Shown: positions 39,621 through 46,532 of the stretch, in pieces
Layout: each line of letters starts with the position of its first letter
Numbering within the stretch: the first letter of the stretch is position 1
Source: a virus
Strand: one strand, 5' to 3'
IMG/VR virus record: IMGVR_UViG_3300020122_000057
Coordinates: 6,827-70,826 of that record
Length of the DNA: 64,000 nucleotides
Notes under the pieces: generated by a model
What the model was told of the DNA's origin: nothing
What the model saw: only the letters and a program-made list of their open reading frames with translations
Database searches by the model: none
Made by a program: the position numbers and the translations under genes

Positions 39621-40173
39621 GGATGCCAGTGAGTTCGGTGAAGCGATCTAAGTAGCGATATTCGGCTAGGATGGGATAGAGGGATAGAATCGTTCTCTCA
39701 TTAAGCGACCCGCGCATTTCTGGAGCGCACTCTGCGCTACAAGTCTCCCAGCTAGTGTCAGTCATCAACGCAGCTTTCTCAATCCAAAGCATCTTATTAT
39801 CCGCTTCCTTAACCTCCGGCGTCATTGGACGATCCAAACCATACTTTACGCAGATAGCTTGCATAATACGGTCCTCAATTTCCATGTAATACGGACCAAT
39901 TGGAGTATGGTGTTTCAATGGACGGGATAAGTCGCTGATATATGTTTCTGGAGCATCGTGTAATAGTGCCAGAAGTGCGTGAGTTTGTGGGCACAGGAAG
40001 GATGCGTGCCAGCAGTGTTCCGCTACGCTGTAGAAGTGCTTTGTGTGCCCAGTGAAACGGCATTGGTTAGAGAGCGCGTGGGCAATATCTTCAATGCAAA
40101 TATCCTCGGGTTGGGGATCGAGGAGATAAAATTTCTTTCCAGTATAGGTTTCAATCCAAGGTCCTCTAGCCAT
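39547..40173 (-). CDS. HD-domain 5'-deoxynucleotidase (YfbR/YfdR-like)
   Basis: DIAHALS..CRF.GH...YSVAEH, ALLHDA.E.Y.SD. Confidence 0.9.
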   Translation of the reverse strand: MARGPWIETYTGKKFYLLDPQPEDICIEDIAHALSNQCRFTGHTKHFYSVAEHCWHASFLCPQTHALLALLHDAPETYISDLSRPLKHHTPIGPYYMEIEDRIMQAICVKYGLDRPMTPEVKEADNKMLWIEKAALMTDTSWETCSAECAPEMRGSLNERTILSLYPILAEYRYLDRFTELTGIPTYGSSRKSELITISEKMPLPTKG

Positions 40174-40528
40174 CGTGTTCCTCCCGAAATAGAATAAGAG
40201 CTATCAAAGAAAGAACTGCGATATCCTTTAAGGAATCCTCAACCCCGTCATAATTTATTTTCCCAGTTTTTGCGAAGGTTTGAAGCCTCTTCATTTTCTC
40301 GTTTACGCGGAACAGAGGACTTTTCCAAGAAGCCACTCCCCACTCTGCTAGAGCCTTGTGGTTCCCATATTCAGGTCCATTGCCATCGTAATCTGCACCC
40401 TTACTATCGTGCAAAATACCTAGTTCAGCTAGAAGCTTGTGAAATCGCGCGTAGCGTTCCTTACTAATTAATCCTTTTGTCCCCAACTCTGTTATGTCGT
40501 GATGGTAACTGCTTGTTTCGCATCCCAT
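40166..40528 (-). CDS. DUF1599/Nmad1-like nucleotide-modification-associated protein
   Basis: LHDSKGADY, R.NEKMKRL, VEDSLKDIA. Confidence 0.7.
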   Translation of the reverse strand: MGCETSSYHHDITELGTKGLISKERYARFHKLLAELGILHDSKGADYDGNGPEYGNHKALAEWGVASWKSPLFRVNEKMKRLQTFAKTGKINYDGVEDSLKDIAVLSLIALILFREEHDG

Positions 40529-40793
40529 AAATCCCCCTATACTTCGAAAGTATATCCCTATAATCTATCCCGGCGCAATCGCAAATGAACTGTAAATCCA
40601 GACTATTTTTCGTCAACCAATCTATCGCTTCCTGTCGCAATATCTCAGGTCGTTCCTTACGTCCACAGATGAGGTTAATCCCATTCGCTTCCTCTACCGC
40701 CCGGACAATGATATGCAGATAGAATCTTCTATATATTCTATCCTCATGCGTGGAATTGAAATCATCGAACACCTCAACCGAATATTGCGGCAC
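40464..40793 (-). CDS. hypothetical protein
   Basis: IIVRAVEEA...EAIDWL...FICDCAGID recurrent phage pattern. Confidence 0.65.
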   Translation of the reverse strand: MPQYSVEVFDDFNSTHEDRIYRRFYLHIIVRAVEEANGINLICGRKERPEILRQEAIDWLTKNSLDLQFICDCAGIDYRDILSKYRGIYGMRNKQLPSRHNRVGDKRIN

Positions 40794-40796
40794 TGG

Positions 40797-41009
40797 TTAG
40801 CTCTCTGGAAGTCGGTAAACCCGAATTTTTCTCCCGCCTTCATGTCGCCAACCCTCAATAAGCTTGCCCTCGGAGACTAATGCTCTCAATCTGGAATCAG
40901 CCGAACGGTAGCCTAGATTGTACCGTGTAGCGAACTCCCTGATTGAGATTCCCTCATCGTTCTCCCGCTTAACTATTTCATCTAACTGCGCTTCGAAAGT
41001 CTTTTTCAT
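40797..41009 (-). CDS. small winged-helix DNA-binding protein
   Basis: ISIREFA...RLRALVSEGKL..G...RVYRL. Confidence 0.6.
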   Translation of the reverse strand: MKKTFEAQLDEIVKRENDEGISIREFATRYNLGYRSADSRLRALVSEGKLIEGWRHEGGRKIRVYRLPES

Positions 41010-41758
41010 CGCGGATAAACCTTTCCTCCAAAGGAGAATCTGCCATTGGTGCATATAATCGGATACAGATTGAAACTATTCTCGTTCCCGTGATACTCCA
41101 CAATCCCGAATCCATTTATCCACGAAGTAGGGCGGTTTTCGAGATAATCTGGATTCGTCTTTCCGAGAATTGGCAAGCAATACGCCATCCACTTCTGCGT
41201 CTCGTCGTGAGGTAACACCTTCGTCCACGACTGCGGCGAGTGGAAGTGTCCGTAGACTAAATTTCGACAGAATGTTTCCACGGCCTTCTTTGCATGATAT
41301 TGCGTAGTGATCGATTCCCCGTGCGCGTAGAATAACTTGCCATATTTGAACGTCTTCCCCATTGGGAGTACTTTCCAGCCACGCTTTGAAAGATGCAAGT
41401 TCTCTGGTCGGTTGAACTTCCCTATCAGTTCCGGGTACTTGTCCCCCAAATCGTTCGCCCATTGGTCGTGATTCCCTTCTATCCATACCTTAACGCAATC
41501 CTTGGGGAGTAGCTGCTCAATTGGAGTAAGAATCTGCGCTTCGAATTCAGCTTCATCCAACGCGAAACGTCCCTTTACCCGCTGGCCGGGTTTGCCATCA
41601 GTATGATGCGAGATATCGTGATTGTCGAATTGATCCCCGAGGAAGATGAAACCTGATACTGGATTATGCTTGACGTAAGACAAAAGCGCTTTCCATGTGC
41701 TCCAGCTTACCTTTGGAAAGTGGAGGTCTGGAGCTATAATAAACGTTTTCGAATTCAC
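41006..41758 (-). CDS. calcineurin-like metallophosphoesterase
   Basis: DLH, GDQFD, GNHD, HG, GHFH. Confidence 0.9.
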   Translation of the reverse strand: MNSKTFIIAPDLHFPKVSWSTWKALLSYVKHNPVSGFIFLGDQFDNHDISHHTDGKPGQRVKGRFALDEAEFEAQILTPIEQLLPKDCVKVWIEGNHDQWANDLGDKYPELIGKFNRPENLHLSKRGWKVLPMGKTFKYGKLFYAHGESITTQYHAKKAVETFCRNLVYGHFHSPQSWTKVLPHDETQKWMAYCLPILGKTNPDYLENRPTSWINGFGIVEYHGNENSFNLYPIICTNGRFSFGGKVYPR

Positions 41759-42072
41759 TTTTTCTTTCCTTTAGCGATCTCCGGGGCGCGTTTGGTGCGG
41801 AAATCGTTTATCTCTTCCATTGTGTCATGGAAGTTTATGGGATGAACAAGCTTTAATTCGTCGTTGAAGATTTCCTTATCATCGGAAGTAATTTTACAAG
41901 TTACGTGCCAGTCCTCAATCTCGGTTACGTCTAGCTTATTGGCTTCTTTATTATAATGGGAAACGGTGTAGGAAGTATTACGAGCAACGCAGGACACGTT
42001 GACTCTAGGCACGGGTGTAGCCGGAACGTGCAATAACCCAAGCAGTAACGCCGTATACATTGCCGGATTCAT
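41755..42072 (-). CDS. hypothetical protein, possibly exported
   Basis: hydrophobic N-terminus; start lies at the predicted TSS of the 42079-42106 promoter. Confidence 0.55.
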   Translation of the reverse strand: MNPAMYTALLLGLLHVPATPVPRVNVSCVARNTSYTVSHYNKEANKLDVTEIEDWHVTCKITSDDKEIFNDELKLVHPINFHDTMEEINDFRTKRAPEIAKGKKK

Positions 42073-42078
42073 ACGGGA

Positions 42079-42106
42079 AGTATAGCACGTTTTCCACAGG
42101 TGTCAA
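42079..42106 (-). promoter_or_regulatory. sigma70-type promoter
   Basis: TTGACA-N16-TATACT with TG extension. Confidence 0.7.
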
Positions 42107-42109
42107 GCG

Positions 42110-42529
42110 CTATTTTTCTTCGGATGGCCTCAATTTTTCGCAGAACGCTTGGAAGGCTTGTATATGTTTACTGTGCTTATTCAGCAAAGAACGAATGCTT
42201 ATTTCAATTATTTTGCTTTTCGCTGGGGAAGGGACAAGTAGGTGTAATGCTGATTTATGGTACGGCACATTTTCAAGCCGCAAAATATAAAAATCGACTT
42301 CTTCTTCAGTCATTTTACCGTGCCGATGTATATTGAAGCGCCAACGCGGAACTCCCTTGTTTATACAGCATCGAGCCGTTTTAATTTCAATGCGGAAAAC
42401 TCCGCCCACAAGAACATCAAAGCTACTGTTATATGGTAATTTCTTTGTAGATATTCCGTAGTTTTGGTTGAGAAGTTCGGAGACGGCTTCTTGACCTGCT
42501 TTACCTGACTTGTAGTAATCATTTTTCAT
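42110..42529 (-). CDS. PD-(D/E)XK endonuclease
   Basis: G.AGQ..V, FDVLV...IEIKT, VDFYIL. Confidence 0.7.
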   Translation of the reverse strand: MKNDYYKSGKAGQEAVSELLNQNYGISTKKLPYNSSFDVLVGGVFRIEIKTARCCINKGVPRWRFNIHRHGKMTEEEVDFYILRLENVPYHKSALHLLVPSPAKSKIIEISIRSLLNKHSKHIQAFQAFCEKLRPSEEK

Positions 42530-42573
42530 ACATATAGAATAGCACAGATTATTTAAGTAAGCAAGGGGAAAAT

Positions 42574-42648
42574 TGGAGCCAAGTGGCTGAATCGAACAGC
42601 CGTTTGTGAGGTACAAGCTCACCGTAATAACCACTATACCAACTAGGC
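42574..42648 (-). tRNA. tRNA-Thr(TGT)
   Basis: cloverleaf; anticodon arm GTGAG-CTTGTAC-CTCAC; encoded CCA. Confidence 0.9.
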
Positions 42649-42650
42649 TT

Positions 42651-42724
42651 TGGTGCGGTCAGAGGGAATCGAACCCTCATTACCCGGTAGAGAGCCGGGA
42701 ATTTTGCCATTAAACTATGGCCGC
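42651..42724 (-). tRNA. tRNA-Glu(CTC), atypical U37
   Basis: CCCGG-CTCTCTA-CCGGG; CCA. Confidence 0.8.
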
Positions 42725-42730
42725 GAAATT

Positions 42731-42804
42731 TGGAGCAGATTCAAGGAATCGAACCTTGATAACGTGCTTACCAAGCACGCGCACTGCCATTGTGCTAAAC
42801 CTGC
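42731..42804 (-). tRNA. tRNA-Thr(GGT)
   Basis: CGTGC-TTGGTAA-GCACG; CCA. Confidence 0.9.
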
Positions 42805-42806
42805 TT

Positions 42807-42880
42807 TGGAGGTGGATGTGGGAGTCGAACCCACTACAATCGGGTTGCAGCCGACTAACTAACCGTTCGTCTTACCCACC
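42807..42880 (-). tRNA. tRNA-Cys(GCA)
   Basis: GTCGG-CTGCAAC-CCGAT; U73, CCA. Confidence 0.88.
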
Positions 42881-43041
42881 CAAAATATTTCCCTACCAAG
42901 AGTATGAATCTTCTCCGCCAGTTCTCTATACTCATCCGTCCACTTACCAACTGGCAGCTTCTTGGTCAGAGCCTTTAATTCGTGGAAGGCGCGTTCCGCT
43001 TCAGCGAAACGATCCATCCAGTATTTGGTTTCTTCGTTCAT
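42859..43041 (-). CDS. small hypothetical protein within the tRNA array
   Basis: 60-aa helical ORF filling the gap between tRNAs; its stop lies inside tRNA-Cys. Confidence 0.55.
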   Translation of the reverse strand: MNEETKYWMDRFAEAERAFHELKALTKKLPVGKWTDEYRELAEKIHTLGREIFWVGKTNG

Positions 43042-43046
43042 AATAT

Positions 43047-43121
43047 TGGAGCACAGTGTTGGACTTGAACCAACGTTGCCGCTTTACGAGAGCGGAGTCG
43101 TACCATCTGGACCAACCGTGC
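43047..43121 (-). tRNA. tRNA-Thr(CGT)
   Basis: CCGCT-CTCGTAA-AGCGG; CCA. Confidence 0.9.
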
Positions 43122-43122
43122 T

Positions 43123-43196
43123 TGGAGCGAAGCCACGGATTTGCACCGAGACTTTTTGCTTGGAAGGCAAAAGTGCTGCTATTACACCAGCCTCGC
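43123..43196 (-). tRNA. tRNA-Gly(TCC)
   Basis: TTTGC-CTTCCAA-GCAAA; U73, CCA. Confidence 0.88.
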
Positions 43197-43595
43197 TTTC
43201 ATACGTCTGTAAGTGCGTTCTGCATGACAATTAGCGCAAACAATCTCGCACTTTTCAATCTCTTCTAAAATCACTGTTCTAGCTCTAAAGCGAACTATAT
43301 TGGATAAGTTACCTATCTTTTTCCCGCGTACATGGTCGAAATGCATAATCCAAGGAGCGTATTTAACCTTACAATCAATACACGGCCTGTCCTTAAAGGT
43401 ATTCATCCATTTGACTTGTCGTTTTTCTCTTGCTTTAGCGCCAGCTACATATCTACTTTTATTCCTGAGATAATGTTTACGATGATATTTTTTAGCGCAG
43501 GGCTTACAAATATCCCGGAAACCATCTATCTTTTTCGCATTCTTATGAAATTCCGAAAATTCTTTGCTTTGTTTACACTTTCCACATTGTTTCAT
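43182..43595 (-). CDS. HNH endonuclease
   Basis: PCIDC..FDHVRGKK..EIEKCEIVCANCH. Confidence 0.88.
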   Translation of the reverse strand: MKQCGKCKQSKEFSEFHKNAKKIDGFRDICKPCAKKYHRKHYLRNKSRYVAGAKAREKRQVKWMNTFKDRPCIDCKVKYAPWIMHFDHVRGKKIGNLSNIVRFRARTVILEEIEKCEIVCANCHAERTYRRMKARLV

Positions 43596-43616
43596 ACTTC
43601 CAGTATATCACATATT

Positions 43617-43691
43617 TGGAGGTCAGGGACGGAATCCAACCGTCATTAATGCCTTCGGAGGGCATTGTCCTGTGCATTGAACGACCCAACC
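43617..43691 (-). tRNA. tRNA-Arg(CCG)
   Basis: ATGCC-CTCCGAA-GGCAT; T-loop TTGGATT; CCA. Confidence 0.85.
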
Positions 43692-43697
43692 TCAAAC

Positions 43698-43772
43698 TGG
43701 AGTCCCCCGTCAGAATTGGACTGACCTCTCAGGTTTCGTAGACCTGCGCTCTGTCCGATGAGCTAGAGGGAC
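43698..43772 (-). tRNA. tRNA-Arg(ACG)
   Basis: CAGGT-CTACGAA-ACCTG; T-loop TCCAATT; CCA. Confidence 0.88.
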
Positions 43773-44101
43773 GAATTTCTTCTTTTATCAGTGCGAATTC
43801 TGTGGCAATTAGCACACGTTATTTCGCACTTTTTAATTTCTTTAAGAAGGGCCTTCATAGGCACTTTATCGTAGTGACTGCTGATACTAAAAAGTTTCTT
43901 TCCTCTTACGTGGTCGAAATCCATACAAATCGGAGGAAATTTCTTTTTACAATCAACACAACGCTTCTTTTTGAACGGAAGAATTACTTCAGTGTAAATT
44001 TTCTTCTTCCGAACTTTACTCTTCTTAAAATAGACTGCTTTGTTAGCGTAATAGTTTCGCTTCGAAGCAGCACGTCTGTCTTCTATTTGAGAGTAAGCCA
44101 T
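43763..44101 (-). CDS. HNH endonuclease
   Basis: CVDC..MDFDHVRGKK..EIKKCEITCANCH. Confidence 0.88.
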   Translation of the reverse strand: MAYSQIEDRRAASKRNYYANKAVYFKKSKVRKKKIYTEVILPFKKKRCVDCKKKFPPICMDFDHVRGKKLFSISSHYDKVPMKALLKEIKKCEITCANCHRIRTDKRRNSSL

Positions 44102-44110
44102 TAAAAAGTT

Positions 44111-44181
44111 TCCGGCAGTCGGGTAGACGCGAGTGCTGAACTCGTGTGGACCCTCGTCGTCAGCAACGACTTACTACCGAA
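44111..44181 (-). ncRNA. small three-way-junction RNA with complementary loops
   Basis: closing stem TTCGGTAGT/ACTGCCGGA; hairpin apices TGCTGA and TCAGCA are exact reverse complements. Confidence 0.6.
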
Positions 44182-44222
44182 ATTTGAATCCCCGCATGTC
44201 AATCCATGCGCCCCCTAGAAAA

Positions 44223-44266
44223 TGGTCACTCTACGTCCGCGCAAGGCTCGCGTGAGTTTCCGGGAC
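44223..44266 (-). ncRNA. small pseudoknot-like RNA ending in ACCA
   Basis: GTCC/GGAC, ACTC/GAGT and an internal CGCGA/TTGCG hairpin. Confidence 0.35.
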
Positions 44267-44272
44267 TGATAT

Positions 44273-44347
44273 TGGTACGCCGCCGAGGAATCGAACCTCG
44301 CTAGCTTGCGTGTAGGGCAAGTGCATGAGCCTATCTGCCAGCAGCGT
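44273..44347 (-). tRNA. tRNA-Val(TAC), C33
   Basis: CTTGC-CCTACAC-GCAAG; CCA. Confidence 0.85.
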
Positions 44348-44350
44348 AAA

Positions 44351-44426
44351 GGAGTCCGAATCCAATGTCCCTGAGAACCGGACCCCGGTTGAAGTTCAAA
44401 GCTTGGGATAGGGCTAGCTTCAACCG
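44351..44426 (-). ncRNA. two-hairpin structured spacer RNA
   Basis: CGGTTGAAG/CTTCAACCG and GGGTCCG/CGGACTC stems; loops contain TCCC or CCCT versus AGGGA. Confidence 0.45.
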
Positions 44427-44434
44427 TTCTATTC

Positions 44435-44508
44435 TGGAGCGAAGCACGGGAATCGAACCCGTCTTTAATCGTTGGCAACGATTCGTACTGCCAATGTACG
44501 AGCCTCGC
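44435..44508 (-). tRNA. tRNA-Gly(GCC)
   Basis: AATCG-TTGCCAA-CGATT; CCA. Confidence 0.92.
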
Positions 44509-44514
44509 AAAATC

Positions 44515-44587
44515 TGGTAACGGAGGTGAGAGTTGAACTCACGGAGGTCTGCTTATGAGACAGACTTGAATACCCATTCTCCCCGTT
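44515..44587 (-). tRNA. tRNA(CAT), Met or Ile2, non-canonical fold
   Basis: GTCTGT-CTCATAA-GCAGAC; 1-nt connector, 4-nt D-loop; CCA. Confidence 0.8.
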
Positions 44588-44750
44588 AAACTTTCTTAAA
44601 ACCCTTCATTTGAAGCCACTGATCGGAATTTCGTTGCTTTTCCGTCTCAGAGCAAATCTTATTAAAGTTCTTTCGTATCTCGCTTCCGTGCATTGGACGC
44701 TCCCAACGTTCATTGCCCCGGATAATAACCGCTGTCATCTTCACAGCCAT
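44586..44750 (-). CDS. small hypothetical protein within the tRNA array
   Basis: 54-aa ORF MAVKMTAVIIRG... exactly fills the gap between two tRNAs. Confidence 0.5.
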   Translation of the reverse strand: MAVKMTAVIIRGNERWERPMHGSEIRKNFNKICSETEKQRNSDQWLQMKGFKKV

Positions 44751-44756
44751 AAAATT

Positions 44757-44833
44757 TGGTGCGCCGCCTCCGATTCGAACGGAGAAGAATTCGGGTTTGA
44801 GCCGAATATGTCTGCCAGTTGCATCAGCAGCGC
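44757..44833 (-). tRNA. tRNA-Leu(CAA), short variable region
   Basis: TTCGG-CTCAAAC-CCGAA; A73, CCA. Confidence 0.85.
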
Positions 44834-44839
44834 GAAAAT

Positions 44840-44915
44840 TGGTAGTGGTGGATGGATTCGAACCATCTGCCTTTCCCTTATCGGGGGAACGCGCATCCAC
44901 ATGGGCCTCACCACT
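44840..44915 (-). tRNA. tRNA-Ile(GAT), C33
   Basis: TTCCC-CCGATAA-GGGAA; CCA. Confidence 0.85.
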
Positions 44916-44917
44916 AT

Positions 44918-45012
44918 TGGTACTCGCCGTAGGAGTTGAACCTACTCGGCACCGCTAATCGGGCGGCAATCCAAGGTTTATAAAACCTCGCTGCATACCG
45001 ATGCTGACGAGT
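44918..45012 (-). tRNA. tRNA-Ile(TAT) with a second anticodon-like arm (GAT)
   Basis: GAGGT-TTTATAA-ACCTT plus GCCGC-CCGATTA-GCGGT in the variable position; CCA. Confidence 0.8.
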
Positions 45013-45019
45013 ATTAAAT

Positions 45020-45095
45020 TGGGGTGTCCCCTTGGGTTCGAACCAAGATAGGCGGATTCACAGTCCGGCGTCTTAACCAGTTAGACTAAGGACAC
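45020..45095 (-). tRNA. tRNA-His(GTG)
   Basis: CGGA-CTGTGAA-TCCG; C73, CCA; genomic -1 is T. Confidence 0.9.
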
Positions 45096-45102
45096 ACAAA
45101 AT

Positions 45103-45188
45103 TGGAGGAAGATAGACGAATCGAACGCCCATCCTTTCGGATGCCTCCGGGTTCAAACCGGATCGCCCACCATTGAGCGGTACCTTCC
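45103..45188 (-). tRNA. tRNA-Ser(TGA) with 8/4 (allo-tRNA-like) fold
   Basis: 8-bp acceptor GGAAGGTA/TATCTTCC, 4-bp T-stem GGCG/CGTC, TCCGG-TTTGAAC-CCGGA, long variable arm. Confidence 0.8.
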
Positions 45189-45189
45189 T

Positions 45190-45277
45190 TGGCGGAAACG
45201 GCAGGATTTGAACCTGCGATACCTTTCGGTACTCCACGTTAGCAGTGTGGCGCTTTAAGCCTCTCAGCCACGTTTCC
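45190..45277 (-). tRNA. tRNA-Ser(GCT)
   Basis: loop CTGCTAA, long variable arm, G73, CCA. Confidence 0.92.
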
Positions 45278-45288
45278 ACAAAAATTTT

Positions 45289-45363
45289 TGGTGGGCCTAT
45301 CAGGACTCGAACCTGAATTCTCCGATTAAGAGTCGGTACTTCTGCCTATTGAATTATAGGCCC
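45289..45363 (-). tRNA. tRNA-Lys(CTT)
   Basis: CCGA-CTCTTAA-TCGG; CCA. Confidence 0.92.
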
Positions 45364-45373
45364 ACGTTAAATT

Positions 45374-45449
45374 TGGCTGGTACCCTCGGACTCGAACCGA
45401 GACCCTAGGCATTAACAGTGCCCTATCCTGCCATTTAGACCAGATACCA
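45374..45449 (-). tRNA. tRNA-Asn(GTT)
   Basis: GGGCA-CTGTTAA-TGCCT; G73, CCA. Confidence 0.9.
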
Positions 45450-45459
45450 GTAGAAACTT

Positions 45460-46113
45460 TTACTTCTGCGATTGTACCAAATTATCGTCGTCTTCGTCAA
45501 GCGCTTCTTGTTTCTGTTGCGCCGTAAATCCCTGATAATCGCCAGTGCTCTTATACGACGTAAGGGTTGCGCTCAGTGAACGAGTCGAACTTGCAGTTCC
45601 CGCAGCCGACGTTGCAAAACTCATGGCGTTTGATGCCGCGATATTATACTGTGCCGCCGTCAACACCGCATCCTGATTCGCACCAAGGAAGATAAATTCC
45701 CACTTGTACTTATCGTGCTGCTCGGTAATGAGTTTCTTTACCGTAGCCGCGCTGTGTTCCTTAGAAGCGTTCTCGTAACCATCGGTGATAATCACGATAG
45801 CAACCTTGTTTGGTCGCTGACTCTCATCGCGCTTCGCCAGTTCCGCGCCGATATCGAGAATTGTCTTCCCAATGGCATCGTGCAATGCCGTCGATCCGCG
45901 AGGATGAATCGTGTGCTTTGGTGCATCCTTAATGTTGGTACGGAATACTGGTTCGTACACGTCATCAAATTGGAACAGAGCTAACTCGCACTCCTGCGGG
46001 TCTTGTTTCTGCTTGTTGATGAACTCGTCCAGTGCCGTCTGCATATTATTCAAGCAGCTTCCAATGGAACCAGAACGATCCAAAACTAACCCAATTAATG
46101 TAGCATCCTTCAC
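45460..46113 (-). CDS. von Willebrand factor A domain protein
   Basis: MIDAS LDRSGS, GSTALHDAIG, IITDGYENAS, FIFLGAN. Confidence 0.9.
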   Translation of the reverse strand: MKDATLIGLVLDRSGSIGSCLNNMQTALDEFINKQKQDPQECELALFQFDDVYEPVFRTNIKDAPKHTIHPRGSTALHDAIGKTILDIGAELAKRDESQRPNKVAIVIITDGYENASKEHSAATVKKLITEQHDKYKWEFIFLGANQDAVLTAAQYNIAASNAMSFATSAAGTASSTRSLSATLTSYKSTGDYQGFTAQQKQEALDEDDDNLVQSQK

Positions 46114-46133
46114 TGTACTTCCTCCTTAGAAAA

Positions 46134-46207
46134 TGGTCGAGGAGGAGTGAGTCGAACACTCGCCGCTGGCTTCCGACGCCAGCAGACTTCCGTTATCAGA
46201 CTCCTCG
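46134..46207 (-). tRNA. tRNA-Pro(CGG)
   Basis: CTGGC-GTCGGAA-GCCAG; C1-G72, A73. Confidence 0.85.
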
Positions 46208-46210
46208 ATT

Positions 46211-46287
46211 TGGTACTCGCGGCGGGATTCGAACCCGCGTTCTTGGCTTGAAAGGCCAGCGTCCTAGGCCGACTAGACGACATGAGC
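46211..46287 (-). tRNA. tRNA-Glu(TTC)
   Basis: TGGC-CTTTCAA-GCCA; CCA. Confidence 0.9.
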
Positions 46288-46296
46288 ACTTACATT

Positions 46297-46370
46297 TGGC
46301 GGGGCCGAGGGGAATCAAACCCCCGTTCTTCGAGCGACAGTCGAGCGTCTTGTCGCTAGACGACGACCCC
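46297..46370 (-). tRNA. tRNA-Asp(GTC)
   Basis: TCGA-CTGTCGC-TCGA; G73, CCA. Confidence 0.88.
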
Positions 46371-46376
46371 TAAGAT

Positions 46377-46451
46377 TGGTGGACAATGCGGGACTCGAAC
46401 CCGCAACTCCTCGGTGCAAGCGAGGCGTTTTCCCATTAGCACTAATCGCCC
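46377..46451 (-). tRNA. tRNA-Ala(TGC)
   Basis: CCTCG-CTTGCAC-CGAGG; G3:U70. Confidence 0.92.
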
Positions 46452-46456
46452 AAATT

Positions 46457-46532
46457 TGGTGGCATACCTCAGATTCGAACTGAGACAACCCTGCTCCCAA
46501 AGCAGGTGGGCTGGCCATTACCCTAGTACGCC
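46457..46532 (-). tRNA. tRNA-Pro(TGG)
   Basis: CCTGC-TTTGGGA-GCAGG; CCA. Confidence 0.88.

Noticed and set aside
42651-42724. Amber suppressor (CUA) and stop-codon recoding
   Set aside because: The stem register puts CUC at 34-36, and long genes translate intact in the standard code.
44150-44175. Hammerhead ribozyme (CUGACGA)
   Set aside because: No GAAA core partner at the required position, and the motif lies within a hairpin.
44186-44215. tmRNA 5' end (GGGGGCGCATGGATTGAC)
   Set aside because: No matching acceptor 3' strand, T-arm or tag reading frame was found; the segment forms a local hairpin instead.
45103-45188. Selenocysteine tRNA
   Set aside because: The anticodon loop reads UU-UGA-AC (Ser), not UCA, and the T-stem is 4 bp rather than 5.
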